Shown here: positions 47,421 to 56,191 of the stretch, one piece after another
Numbering within the stretch: position 1 is the first letter of the stretch
Layout: each line of letters opens with the position of its first letter
Source of the DNA: an uncultured delta proteobacterium
GTDB taxonomy: Bacteria; Desulfobacterota; DSM-4660; Desulfatiglandales; HGW-15
Assembly: GCA_963707125.1 (NCBI GenBank)
Contig: CAVPOU010000007.1
Coordinates: 22,333-86,332, forward strand
DNA length: 64,000 nt
Direction: 5' to 3'
The notes under the pieces: model-generated
Told to the model about the DNA's origin: nothing
Databases searched by the model: none
What the model saw: only the letters and a program-made list of their open reading frames with translations
Program-made: the position numbers and the translations under genes

Positions 47421-49040
47421 ATGAAGTTTCTCCAGAACCTTTACCGTCGCCGTGTATCCGGCCACGAAATCGTCACCCATGAACTGACCCGCCAGCTTTC
47501 CTCCATTTCTTTCGAGATTCAAAGACAGGTTGCGCTTCTGGTGAGCCGAAAAGGAGAGGTCCTTTCCGTCATCGTCGGGGACGACAAGAATATCGTCATC
47601 CCTGATCTGGGGAGATTCAGGCTCGGCTTGGGCAGGCTTAAGGGCCTGAGGTGCCTTCACACGCACATCCACGGCGAGCCCCTGTCCAGGGAAGATCTCA
47701 CGGATCTCGTTCTCCTGGGTCTTGACCTGATGGTGTGCATTGAGGTGGGAGAGGACGGCTCTCCAGGGCCCATTGCCTATGCCCACATTCTTCCTGAGAA
47801 CAGCCGGGGAGAAAAATGGAGTCTTCAAAGGGTCCCTGATGTGGGCCAGCTCCACACGGATTTTCAGGAACTGATCGAGTCCCTGGAAGATGAACTCAGC
47901 CGGAGCAGGGAAGCGCGGCCTCTGCAGCAAAGGGAAAGGGCTGTCCTCGTGGGAGTGAGTGCAGGCCCTGTGTGGCAGATCAAGGAGTCGCTGGAGGAAC
48001 TTCGCGACCTGGCTCTGTCCAGCGGTGTGGAGGTCGCGGATGCGGTGATGCAGCGCCTCAAGCAGGGGAACACCCGGTTCCTGATTGGAAAGGGCAAACT
48101 GATCGAGCTGGTGCTGAGGTGCCTTCAAACCGGATCGACCCTTCTTGTTTTCGATCACGAACTCACCCCGGCCCAGGTGCGAAGCCTCACGGATGCCACG
48201 GAGCTCAAGATCATTGACCGGAGCCAGCTCATCCTGGATATCTTTGCCCGGAGGGCGGTCACACGGGAGGGGAAGATCCAGGTGGAACTGGCCCAGTTGA
48301 AGTATCTTCTTCCAAGGCTTGCCACAAAGAACACGGCCATGTCCCGGTTGACAGGAGGCATTGGAGGAAGAGGCCCCGGAGAGACAAAGCTGGAGATCAA
48401 CCGCAGGCGAGTCAGAGAGCGGATCACCCGGTTGAACCGGGAGATTGAACAGATCCGGCAGCAGAGGGAGGACCGACGACGGTTGCGCAACGTGAGGGGG
48501 CTGCCGGTGATCTCCATCGTGGGCTATACCAACGCCGGCAAATCCACCTTGCTCAACAGCCTGACCCGGAGCCATGTGGCGGTGGAAGACCGTCTTTTTG
48601 CAACCCTGGATCCGAGCAGCCGGAGGCTCCGGTTCCCCCGGGAAAGAGATGTGATCATCACCGATACGGTAGGGTTCATCCGTGACCTGCCTGAAGACCT
48701 CATGGAAGCCTTTGCAGCCACCCTGGAGGAACTCCACGACGCGGATCTCCTCCTCCACGTGGTGGACGCAAGCAGCCCGCGCATGGAAGACCAGATCAAA
48801 ACCGTGGAAGGGATCCTGAGACAACTCGACCTGGACAGGATTCCCGTGGTCCTGGTTCTAAACAAAATCGACCGTCTGGATCCTGGCCAGACGGCCGATT
48901 TATCGAAAAACTTGAAGGGCATTCCGGTTTCAGCCCTCCATCCCAGGACCTTTTCAGGCCTGCTTCAGGAGATGGAGCGGCTCATATGGCCGCGCTCTTC
49001 CAGCCCTTTGACTTCCACAGAGCCCCATCCTTCCCAATGA
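47421..49040 (+). CDS. hflX: GTPase HflX with extended N-terminal region
   Basis: GPGETKLEINRRR and IVGYTNAGKSTLLNSL (G1). Its 3' end overlaps convergent apbE by 59 nt. Confidence 0.85.
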   Translation: MKFLQNLYRRRVSGHEIVTHELTRQLSSISFEIQRQVALLVSRKGEVLSVIVGDDKNIVIPDLGRFRLGLGRLKGLRCLHTHIHGEPLSREDLTDLVLLGLDLMVCIEVGEDGSPGPIAYAHILPENSRGEKWSLQRVPDVGQLHTDFQELIESLEDELSRSREARPLQQRERAVLVGVSAGPVWQIKESLEELRDLALSSGVEVADAVMQRLKQGNTRFLIGKGKLIELVLRCLQTGSTLLVFDHELTPAQVRSLTDATELKIIDRSQLILDIFARRAVTREGKIQVELAQLKYLLPRLATKNTAMSRLTGGIGGRGPGETKLEINRRRVRERITRLNREIEQIRQQREDRRRLRNVRGLPVISIVGYTNAGKSTLLNSLTRSHVAVEDRLFATLDPSSRRLRFPRERDVIITDTVGFIRDLPEDLMEAFAATLEELHDADLLLHVVDASSPRMEDQIKTVEGILRQLDLDRIPVVLVLNKIDRLDPGQTADLSKNLKGIPVSALHPRTFSGLLQEMERLIWPRSSSPLTSTEPHPSQ

Positions 49041-50049
49041 CCAGGGACTCGCAGGCGGCAAGACCATTCACAAACTCCGTGCCCTGAGAGGGCGTCATGA
49101 CGCACAGGGAGGTCGCAAGCGCGTCCGCTTCCATGGTCGTCTTCGCCATGATCGAAACGCTGGTGGTCAGATCCGGAGAAAACCCTGTTTTCGGATTCAC
49201 GATGTGGTGAAACATTTTCTCCCGGTCATAGAAGATCTCGTAATTCCCGGAGGTCGCGATGGACCCATCGCCGATCTGGATCACATCCGGGTAGGTCTGC
49301 CGCTTCCAAGGATCCTGGATCGCCACGGTCCAGGGTTTTCCGTCTTCCTTGGAGCCTCTGGTCCGAATATCTCCGCCGGCATTGATCAGATGATTCCGGA
49401 TGCCGCAGCTGCTCAGAACCTCGGAGGCGCGGTCCACAATGAAGCCCTTGGCAATCCCGTCCAGGGTGATGCCCATCCCAGGAGTCCTGAAGGACAAGGA
49501 TTTCTCCTTAAGATCGATGTTCCGAGCGTCCACCAGCTTGAGGAGATCTTTGATTTCCGTCTCAGTAGGCCAGACCTTCTTTTCGCCGCCCAGCTTTTGC
49601 TGGAAAAGATCCACCACAGGCTTCACCGTGACGTCAAAACAGCCGCCAGTCAGTTGGTGGTAGTCAAGAGAGCTCGCAACCACTCGGGCCACTTCAGGCG
49701 GAAGGTCCTTGAGGTGTCCCTGGGTGTTGAGATCATGGATCGCGGAGGCGTGATCGTAGCGGCTGAGCAACCCGGACAATCGATCGATTTCGCTGAAGGA
49801 CGCTTCCATTGCCTCTTCGGCCTGGTCTTTTGAGGGATGCATCAGGGTCATGGAAACAAAGGTTCCCATGGCAAGCCGGGTCTTGGACACCTTCATCGTT
49901 TTCTTGTTGAAGGAGACCGCTTCTGCTGCAACAGGAAGGGTGGCTGCCGAGGCAATGCCCAACCCGAGCAAGCCGGATAGTTTCAAGAAAGACCGTCGGT
50001 CCATACCCCTCTCGAGATGATCGGTTCCTTTCATTTCGTGCCTCCACAT
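48982..50049 (-). CDS. apbE: FAD:protein FMN transferase ApbE, Tat-type signal
   Basis: MDRRSFLKLSGLLGLGIASAA (RR motif) and an ApbE core (AMGTFVSMTL, GIAKGF). It is adjacent to rnf, whose G and D subunits are flavinylated by ApbE (established knowledge). Confidence 0.8.
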   Translation of the reverse strand: MWRHEMKGTDHLERGMDRRSFLKLSGLLGLGIASAATLPVAAEAVSFNKKTMKVSKTRLAMGTFVSMTLMHPSKDQAEEAMEASFSEIDRLSGLLSRYDHASAIHDLNTQGHLKDLPPEVARVVASSLDYHQLTGGCFDVTVKPVVDLFQQKLGGEKKVWPTETEIKDLLKLVDARNIDLKEKSLSFRTPGMGITLDGIAKGFIVDRASEVLSSCGIRNHLINAGGDIRTRGSKEDGKPWTVAIQDPWKRQTYPDVIQIGDGSIATSGNYEIFYDREKMFHHIVNPKTGFSPDLTTSVSIMAKTTMEADALATSLCVMTPSQGTEFVNGLAACESLVIGKDGALWKSKGWKSAAI

Positions 50050-50132
50050 GAAAAATCGCCAATGAATCTACCACCCTCACTCAGGCGTGGCAATCAAATA
50101 TTCCAATGCACGCTTCTGGCCGCAACATTACA

Positions 50133-50189
50133 AGTAAGCAGTACGCAGTAAGGAGTATGCAGAAAAAAAACTACTGTCTACTGCTTACT
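50133..50189. repeat. intergenic hairpin element (11-bp perfect arms, A8 in loop)
   Basis: AGTAAGCAGTA pairs with TACTGCTTACT, with reiterated GTAAG/CAGTA motifs around it. Confidence 0.55.
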
Positions 50190-50291
50190 GCCTACTTCCT
50201 ACTAAAACTCGGCGGCTCTAAAGAGACCACACCCCCCGGTCCGGGCTCAAAGACTTCTACGCACCTTGCGAGGAAGTATTTGCCTAAGACT

Positions 50292-51152
50292 CTACGATGC
50301 GGCTGCAGCCTGCTTCTGTTCCGCTGCAGACGGATGAATGCGGAAAATCTTCCTCGGGCACTTCTCGACGCACACTTCCTTGCACTCCGGCCCATAGGCG
50401 ATGCAGGCTTTGTGATCGATGGCCACCACGTTGTCTTCCATGCGTACCGCTTTGGCCGGGCAGACCTTGACGCACATCTTGCAGGAGATACACCCGGCCT
50501 GACAAATTTCCTTGACCCTCTTGCCGGAATCCTTGGTGCTGCAAGGAACCCAGACCCTTGCCCCCCGAGGCAGAAGTTCGATGATCTTCTTCGGGCAGGT
50601 GCGCACGCAGGTCCCGCAGCCCACACAGGCCACCGGGTCAACAACCGGGAACTCACCGACCATCTCGATGGCATCAAAGGGACAGGCGGTTGCGCAGTCT
50701 CCGAAGCCGACACAAGCATACTGGCATTCCTGAGGCCCGCCAAAGGCAAGATTGGCTCCGGTACAGGTCTGGTAACCGATGTAATGGTATTTCTTGGGAA
50801 CCTTTCCCTCCGGCCTGGAGCACCGCACCCCTGCGACCACATCTTCGATGGCGGCCATTTTCTTTCCCGTGATTTCAGCCACCTCCTTGGCCACTTCGGA
50901 CTTGCCCGGGAAACAGAGGCTGGGCTTGACTTCCGGATCATTCACCACCGCTTCGGCGTAGGCTTCGCACCCGGCGTAGCCGCACCCGCCTCACTGGGCG
51001 CCGGCAAGGACTTCCAGGACTTCTTCCACTTTCGGATTGGCTTTGACCGCAAATTTCTGGGCCGCAAGGGCTAATCCAATACCGAAGAGGAGGCCGATGC
51101 ACCCGAGCACGGCAAGAGCAATGAGGGCTGATGTCACCAGAATGGGATCCAT
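50292..51152 (-). CDS. rnfB: Rnf complex subunit B with in-frame UGA (50993-50991) at the first Cys of the N-terminal CxxCxxxxC motif (candidate selenocysteine)
   Basis: ATG 51152 gives MDPILVTSALIALAVLGCIGLLFGIGLALAAQKFAVKANPKVEEVLEVLAGAQ-UGA-GGCGYAGCEAYAEAVVNDPEVKPSLC. The total of 861 nt is 287 codons in one frame. For comparison, E. coli RsxB has [20 protein letters not shown] (recalled). Ferredoxin-type clusters lie downstream. Confidence 0.75.
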
Positions 51153-51167
51153 TGAAAATAACACCTC

Positions 51168-51803
51168 TTAAAAGAGAGACATTCCGGAAAAACCCATGAA
51201 GGCCAGCGCGAAGAGGCCTGCGGTAATAAACGCGATGGGCAGTCCCCGGTAGGTGGGCGGCACATTGGCCACTTCCAGCCTTTCCCGCACGGAAGACATC
51301 AGGAAGAGCGCGATCAGGAACCCTCCTCCTGCACCGACGGCCAGCATCAGGCTTTCCAGGGCATTGTACTCGCTGTTGGCCAGGATCAGGGGCACGGCGA
51401 GAATGATGCAGTTGGCAATCACCAGCACAAGGTACACGCCGAAGGCCTTGAACAGAGCCGGGTTCACCTTTCGAAGGATCGTGTCCACCGCCTGCACGGA
51501 AAGGGAAACCAGACCGATGAACACCACGATCTGCAGGAAGTCCAGCCTGAACGGCTTGAGCACGAACTGGTACATGAACCAGGACATCATGGCGCTCACC
51601 ACCATCACGAGCGTGAACGTCACGCCCATGCCCACGGCCGTGGACTTCTTCTGGGAGGTGCCGAAGAAAACGCACAGGCCGAGGTATTTCGTAAACACAA
51701 AGTTCTTGATGATCATGGCCCCCAGGAGGACCGAAAGAAGGTACCCGAGGTAGGCTTTCTTGACGGTCAGAAGGGCGGTCCCCTGGGACGTTCCTTGGCT
51801 CAT
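51168..51803 (-). CDS. rnfA: Rnf complex subunit A
   Basis: NFVFTKYLGLCVFFG..., six TM segments. ATG 51803 preferred; a GTG at 51824 is possible. Confidence 0.85.
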   Translation of the reverse strand: MSQGTSQGTALLTVKKAYLGYLLSVLLGAMIIKNFVFTKYLGLCVFFGTSQKKSTAVGMGVTFTLVMVVSAMMSWFMYQFVLKPFRLDFLQIVVFIGLVSLSVQAVDTILRKVNPALFKAFGVYLVLVIANCIILAVPLILANSEYNALESLMLAVGAGGGFLIALFLMSSVRERLEVANVPPTYRGLPIAFITAGLFALAFMGFSGMSLF

Positions 51804-51829
51804 GATTTCTTTGACGGCGAGCACATGGG

Positions 51830-52131
51830 GTTGCTCCTGGTTTAGGGTCTCCCTGGAATGTGAGAGTGACCGTGGTCTTGTCCTGGCTCAAGGCCACTCC
51901 CGCAAGGCCCAGGAGGATGTCCGGGTCTGATTTCTCATAAACCGTATAGTGATCCAATTTCTTGGCCCAGGGTTCATCCACAGGTCCGGCAAAGGTGATC
52001 ACGATTTGATTGGTCCCCTTGAAGGCCGTCCGTTTCACAAAACGGTGCTCGGAGTCGCAACCGGTCAAAAGGAAAAGCCCTGCCAGGAGGAAACATGCCA
52101 AGAAGACGCTCTGTCTCTGAACCTTCTTCAT
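51830..52131 (-). CDS. small lipoprotein-like ORF inserted between rnfE and rnfA (3' end undefined)
   Basis: ATG 52131 is 2 nt after the rnfE stop. MKKVQRQSVFLACFLLAGLFLLTGC has a lipobox, followed by a beta-rich ~75 aa. The frame has no stop until 50938 and runs antisense-free through rnfA and rnfB in another frame. Confidence 0.45.
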
Positions 52132-52133
52132 TC

Positions 52134-52757
52134 CTATCCTTTTTTCTCTTTCATTCTCTTGAAGACAAGGTCCATATAATTGAACATGGCCATCATGAAC
52201 CCAACAACGAAGAACCCTGCTGCAGGGAGAATAAAGAAAAGAAGCGGTTTGTCTCCCACCAGGTCAAAGCCCAGAAGAGTCCCTGACCCCAGGACTTCTC
52301 GGATGGCTCCGAGGGTCACCATCCCGAACAGAAATCCGAGGCCCATGCCGATCGCATCCCAGAAAGAAGGGATGATCGGGTTCTTGGCTGCAAACATCTC
52401 CAGCCGCATGGTGATGATCGCGAAGGCGACAATGAGTTTCACGAAAATTCCCATCTCCTTGTAGGCCGCCGGCATATAAGCCGCAAGAACAAGGTCAATC
52501 ACCGTCACCCAGGTGGCAATCGTGAGGGTGTAAGTGGGAATGCGAATGCGAGGGTGAATGTGGTTTTTGATGGCGGAAATGGTGCAGCTCGAGAAGACCT
52601 GGACAAAAAGGACCCCCACGCCCAGAAGAATGCCGTTCATGACACTTGTGCTGATTCCAACGGCCGGGCACATGGACAGGGCCAGCCGGAAAATGGGGTT
52701 TTCCGCCAGGAGGCCGTTGAACACCAACTGGGAATTGCTTTTCTTTGTGTGTGCCAA
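52134..52757 (-). CDS. rnfE: Rnf complex subunit E
   Basis: GLLAENPIFRLALSMCPAVGIST. Confidence 0.9.
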   Translation of the reverse strand: MAHTKKSNSQLVFNGLLAENPIFRLALSMCPAVGISTSVMNGILLGVGVLFVQVFSSCTISAIKNHIHPRIRIPTYTLTIATWVTVIDLVLAAYMPAAYKEMGIFVKLIVAFAIITMRLEMFAAKNPIIPSFWDAIGMGLGFLFGMVTLGAIREVLGSGTLLGFDLVGDKPLLFFILPAAGFFVVGFMMAMFNYMDLVFKRMKEKKG

Positions 52758-52780
52758 GGTCTTTCTCCTCCTGCCTCGCC

Positions 52781-53687
52781 CTAGAAAGCCACCGGAAGCT
52801 TCTGCGAGCTAACCACGCGGTCCAGCACCTCGACCCGGTAAGCGAACCGCTTGACCATGCCTTTGACGCCGTCGGTCACCGCCTTGCTCGAAATAGTCGC
52901 CCCTGTGAGGGCATAAATGTCACTGTCCTGGTACTTGGCCCGAACGCGCTGGAGTTCTTCCTGGGACATGGAGCCTTTCTTGACCTCCAGGACCTTCCGG
53001 TACTCTTCAGGAAGAGGCTGCTTCACCACATCGAGCTCTTTGAGTTTCTGGAAGGGCTTGTTCCTGAACTGGTTCTTGAAAAAATCCTGCACGATGTCCC
53101 CGCCCAGGCCCGGGTCTTCTTCGTGTTCCATGATCTCCAGCCCCAGGATGTTAAAGCCGGGATCCACGGCGAGCATCACTTTGATAAAAGTCTTGTAACC
53201 CTGGAAGTGCCCCGGAAGAAGATAGGCCAAACGTTTTCCATCCATGCGGGCCACGATGGTTTCATCCGCGTAAACAAAACCGGCCGGCCCTTTGAGGACC
53301 GCTGAAAGCGCTTTCCCCCTCTCCGGAGCATCGAGCGCTTGTTCCAGGCTCAGCTTCAGCTCGTAGGAGGCGTGAAATTTCCCGTCCAGGGTGAGCACGA
53401 GAAGGGCATACCCGAGGTCGTTTCCTTTATTGACAGGGAACCATGTAGCCCAGGTACTTTGCGTCTTTTTCATCGATGACATAGCGGTAAATGCTGTAGA
53501 GCTTGAGCGCCGAAGGGGCCGGATTCGCTTTCCCATAGCCCAGAAGCCCGAGCATGGTGTCCTGCTCTTTCTGGTGTTCGTTATGCTTTTTTGCTTTGGC
53601 CGTGAACACATAGGCGCTTCCCATGATGGTGCCGGCAGCCAGACAGGATATGATGAGTCCAATGGTGATTCGCAGAATCTGTTTCAT
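52781..53687 (-). pseudogene. rnfG: Rnf complex subunit G, split by a 1-nt frameshift near 53436-53438
   Basis: MKQILRITIGLIISCLAAGTIMG...YLGYMVPCQ* (ATG 53687 overlaps the rnfD stop as ATGA). The next frame continues ..PVNKGNDLGYALLVLTLDGKF...IYALTGATISSKAV (FMN-attachment motif). Removing one C of CCC restores YMVPVNKG. Confidence 0.75.
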
Positions 53688-54712
53688 TTCACGGCACCTT
53701 TTGCTGGAGCAAAACGCTTGGGCTTGAACCACCCGTCCAGAGCAGGGGTCAGGGAGTTCATGAGGAGGATGGCATAGGCCACGCCCTCAGGATAACCTCC
53801 CTTGAGGCGGATCAGGACCGTGAGGGCTCCGACACCGATTCCAAAAAGGATCTGCCCTGTTTTCTGATTCGGGGACGTCACATAATCTGTGGCCATGTAT
53901 ATGGCGCCGAGCGGTACGCCCCCTGAGAGAATCGCGAGCAGGGGGTTGCCTGTGAAAAATTCCTCTCCGCCGAAAATCCAGGTGAAGAAGGCGACGGAGG
54001 CGAAGACCGAAACAGGAATGTGCCAGGTGATGTAACCCTTGTAGATGAGGTAGAGGCCGCCGAGCATGAGCAGGAGAACAGAGGTTTCACCGATACAGCC
54101 CGGCCTCAACCCGATGAAGAAATTTCCGTACATGGTGGAGAGGGATCCGAATTTTTCGATGAGCGTGTCCAGGCCGTAATGTTTGAGAACATAGAGAGGG
54201 GTCGCCGTGCTCACCGCATCGACCCCGGGCGCCATGTACTTGAAGATCGAAGCGTCCCGAAGGGGAGGAAGCCAGGCGGAGGTCATGGCCACGGGGTAGG
54301 TGGCCACCAGAAAAGCCCGGCCGATGAGAGCAGGATTGAAAATATTGTACCCGATCCCACCCATGAGCTGCTTGGTGACAAAGACGGCGATCACCCCGCC
54401 GAGTACCGGCATCCAGTAAGGAACACCGGGAGGGATCACGTAGGCGAGCAACACGCCTGTGATGACGGCGCTGCCGTCTTTGATCGTCACGGGCCTACGC
54501 AGGCATTTCTGCGAGATGGCTTCCGTGGCCAGGCAGCTGCCCACGCTCACCGCGGTGATGATGAGGGTTTGAAAGCCGAAAACAAAGATGGAGAGGATCA
54601 GAGAGGGCATGAGACAGGCCACCACCGTCCACATGATCTTTTCCACCGACTCGTGGCTCTTGACGTGCGGGGACACGGCGACCGACCAGAGTTCGGCCTC
54701 CTTCACCGTCAT
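53684..54712 (-). CDS. rnfD: Rnf complex subunit D
   Basis: Polytopic protein with GGIGYNIFNPALIGRAFL and DAVSTATPL. Confidence 0.9.
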   Translation of the reverse strand: MTVKEAELWSVAVSPHVKSHESVEKIMWTVVACLMPSLILSIFVFGFQTLIITAVSVGSCLATEAISQKCLRRPVTIKDGSAVITGVLLAYVIPPGVPYWMPVLGGVIAVFVTKQLMGGIGYNIFNPALIGRAFLVATYPVAMTSAWLPPLRDASIFKYMAPGVDAVSTATPLYVLKHYGLDTLIEKFGSLSTMYGNFFIGLRPGCIGETSVLLLMLGGLYLIYKGYITWHIPVSVFASVAFFTWIFGGEEFFTGNPLLAILSGGVPLGAIYMATDYVTSPNQKTGQILFGIGVGALTVLIRLKGGYPEGVAYAILLMNSLTPALDGWFKPKRFAPAKGAVK

Positions 54713-54759
54713 GTCCTGGACCTCTTTGACTTGCTCTTCGATGGCTCCGCTCCTTCCAC

Positions 54760-56082
54760 CTAACGCTTCGCCTTCAACTTAGCAAGACGGATGAACTGCA
54801 CCAGGGGTCTCTTGGCCGGGCAGACAAAGGCGCAGCACCCGCACTCGAAGCATTCGAACAAACCGAATTTCGCCGTGTCCTGAGCCCGGCCTGCCTCCAC
54901 ATAGACGCCGATTTCATTGGGCTGAAGACCCATGGGGCAGGCATCAAGGCACCAGCCGCAGCGAATGCATTGGCTATGCGCCCGGCTGTCGATCTCCTCC
55001 TCGGTGAGGAAGAGCACGCCGGAGGTTGTCTTCGTCACAGGGACGTCCAGTGTGGAGACGGGGAATCCCATCATGGGCCCGCCCATGACGATTCGTGCCA
55101 GGTCCGCCGTTGTCCCTCCGAGATAAGAGACGATGTCACTCAATCTCGTGCCGATTCTCACCTTCAGGTTGGCCGGTCTGGAGATCCCCTTTCCCGTGAG
55201 GGTGATCACCTTTTCGTAGAGAGGCTTGTTCAGGGCTACAGCCTCATAGAGGGCCTTGGTGGTACCGACATTCTGAACGATCACGCCCACGTCAAAGGGG
55301 AGCCCGAACCCCGGCACGCGGCGTTTGGTAATGCTCTCGATGAGCTGTTTCTCCGACCCCTGGGGATACTTGACTTTCAGAGCATCGACAAAGACCTTGA
55401 AGCTGTCGGAGGCTTTGTCCGCAGCCGCCTTCCTCAACGCTTCAACGGCATCCATCTTGTTGGCTTCGATCCCGATGCGGCATTCCTTGATTCCGAGCAT
55501 GGCCAGAATGATTTTTGCCCCTTCGATGATGTCCTCGGGGTGCTCCAGCATGAGACGATGATCGGTGGTCAGATAGGGTTCGCATTCGACCCCATTGATG
55601 ATGAGCACATCGACCTTGGCCTCAGGGGGAGGAGAAAGCTTTACATGGGTCGGAAAGCCGGCTCCTCCAATGCCGACAATGCCCGCCGCCTTGACTTTTT
55701 TCCTCAGTTCTTCAGGGGGCAGGCTTCGCCAATCCTCGATGGTGTAGCTTCTGGGTGGGGCATCCCGATCCGTCTGGATCGTCACGGAGGCGGAGGTGAT
55801 CGAAACGGGATTGGTGGAAGCACCGATGCCTTTGACCGTTCCCGTGACACTCGCATGGATGCTGGCTCCAAGACCGCCGGCCACTTCCCCGATCAGGTCC
55901 CCCTCGCGGACCTTGGCCTTTTTGTCCACGAGAGGCTTGCAGGGAGCCCCAAAATGCTGCTGGAGAAGAATATCCACCTCTTCAGGGATTGGGAGAGTTT
56001 CAATGGCAAGATGCTCGGAGAGGGACTTGGACTCCGAAGGATGAACCCCGCCTTTAGGAAATGTGAGCAACATCTCTTGCAT
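54760..56082 (-). CDS. rnfC: Rnf complex subunit C
   Basis: GIVGIGGAGFPTHVK, and two 4Fe-4S motifs (CIRCGWCLDACP, CFECGCCAFVCP). Confidence 0.9.
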   Translation of the reverse strand: MQEMLLTFPKGGVHPSESKSLSEHLAIETLPIPEEVDILLQQHFGAPCKPLVDKKAKVREGDLIGEVAGGLGASIHASVTGTVKGIGASTNPVSITSASVTIQTDRDAPPRSYTIEDWRSLPPEELRKKVKAAGIVGIGGAGFPTHVKLSPPPEAKVDVLIINGVECEPYLTTDHRLMLEHPEDIIEGAKIILAMLGIKECRIGIEANKMDAVEALRKAAADKASDSFKVFVDALKVKYPQGSEKQLIESITKRRVPGFGLPFDVGVIVQNVGTTKALYEAVALNKPLYEKVITLTGKGISRPANLKVRIGTRLSDIVSYLGGTTADLARIVMGGPMMGFPVSTLDVPVTKTTSGVLFLTEEEIDSRAHSQCIRCGWCLDACPMGLQPNEIGVYVEAGRAQDTAKFGLFECFECGCCAFVCPAKRPLVQFIRLAKLKAKR

Positions 56083-56191
56083 GAGAAAATCTTATCGTGC
56101 TTTCAGAGTTTGAAGCGTTGTCTGCCTCGTGACTGAAAATGCTTATATAAAAAAAGATCTTTCGAATGTCCAACAAAATTTTCGTTTCTTA

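Noticed and set aside
47406-48824. 472-aa ORF on the minus strand
   Set aside because: It is antisense to hflX, which carries unambiguous GTPase motifs. It is a shadow ORF. The same reasoning applies to 39458-40651 (antisense to clpB), 54970-56136 (antisense to rnfC), 45591-46589 (antisense to dnaB), 24930-25628 (antisense to secD) and 34232-35086 / 35180-35815 (antisense to dnaK).
50940-50990. Clear SECIS hairpin downstream of the rnfB UGA
   Set aside because: Only weak 4-5-bp stems could be drawn by hand (for example CGGC-UAC-GCCG), so no SECIS feature is claimed there. The Sec call rests on the alignment argument only.
50106-51074. 322-aa plus-strand ORF and 249-aa ORF at 50192-50941
   Set aside because: They overlap rnfB, whose ferredoxin Cys motifs identify the true frame. 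Both alternatives have non-protein-like composition.
50938-52131. 397-aa ORF read as one protein
   Set aside because: Only the first ~100 codons look like a protein (signal peptide plus lipobox). The remainder overlaps rnfA and rnfB out of frame and is Arg/Pro/Gly-rich. Only the N-terminal part is kept as a feature.
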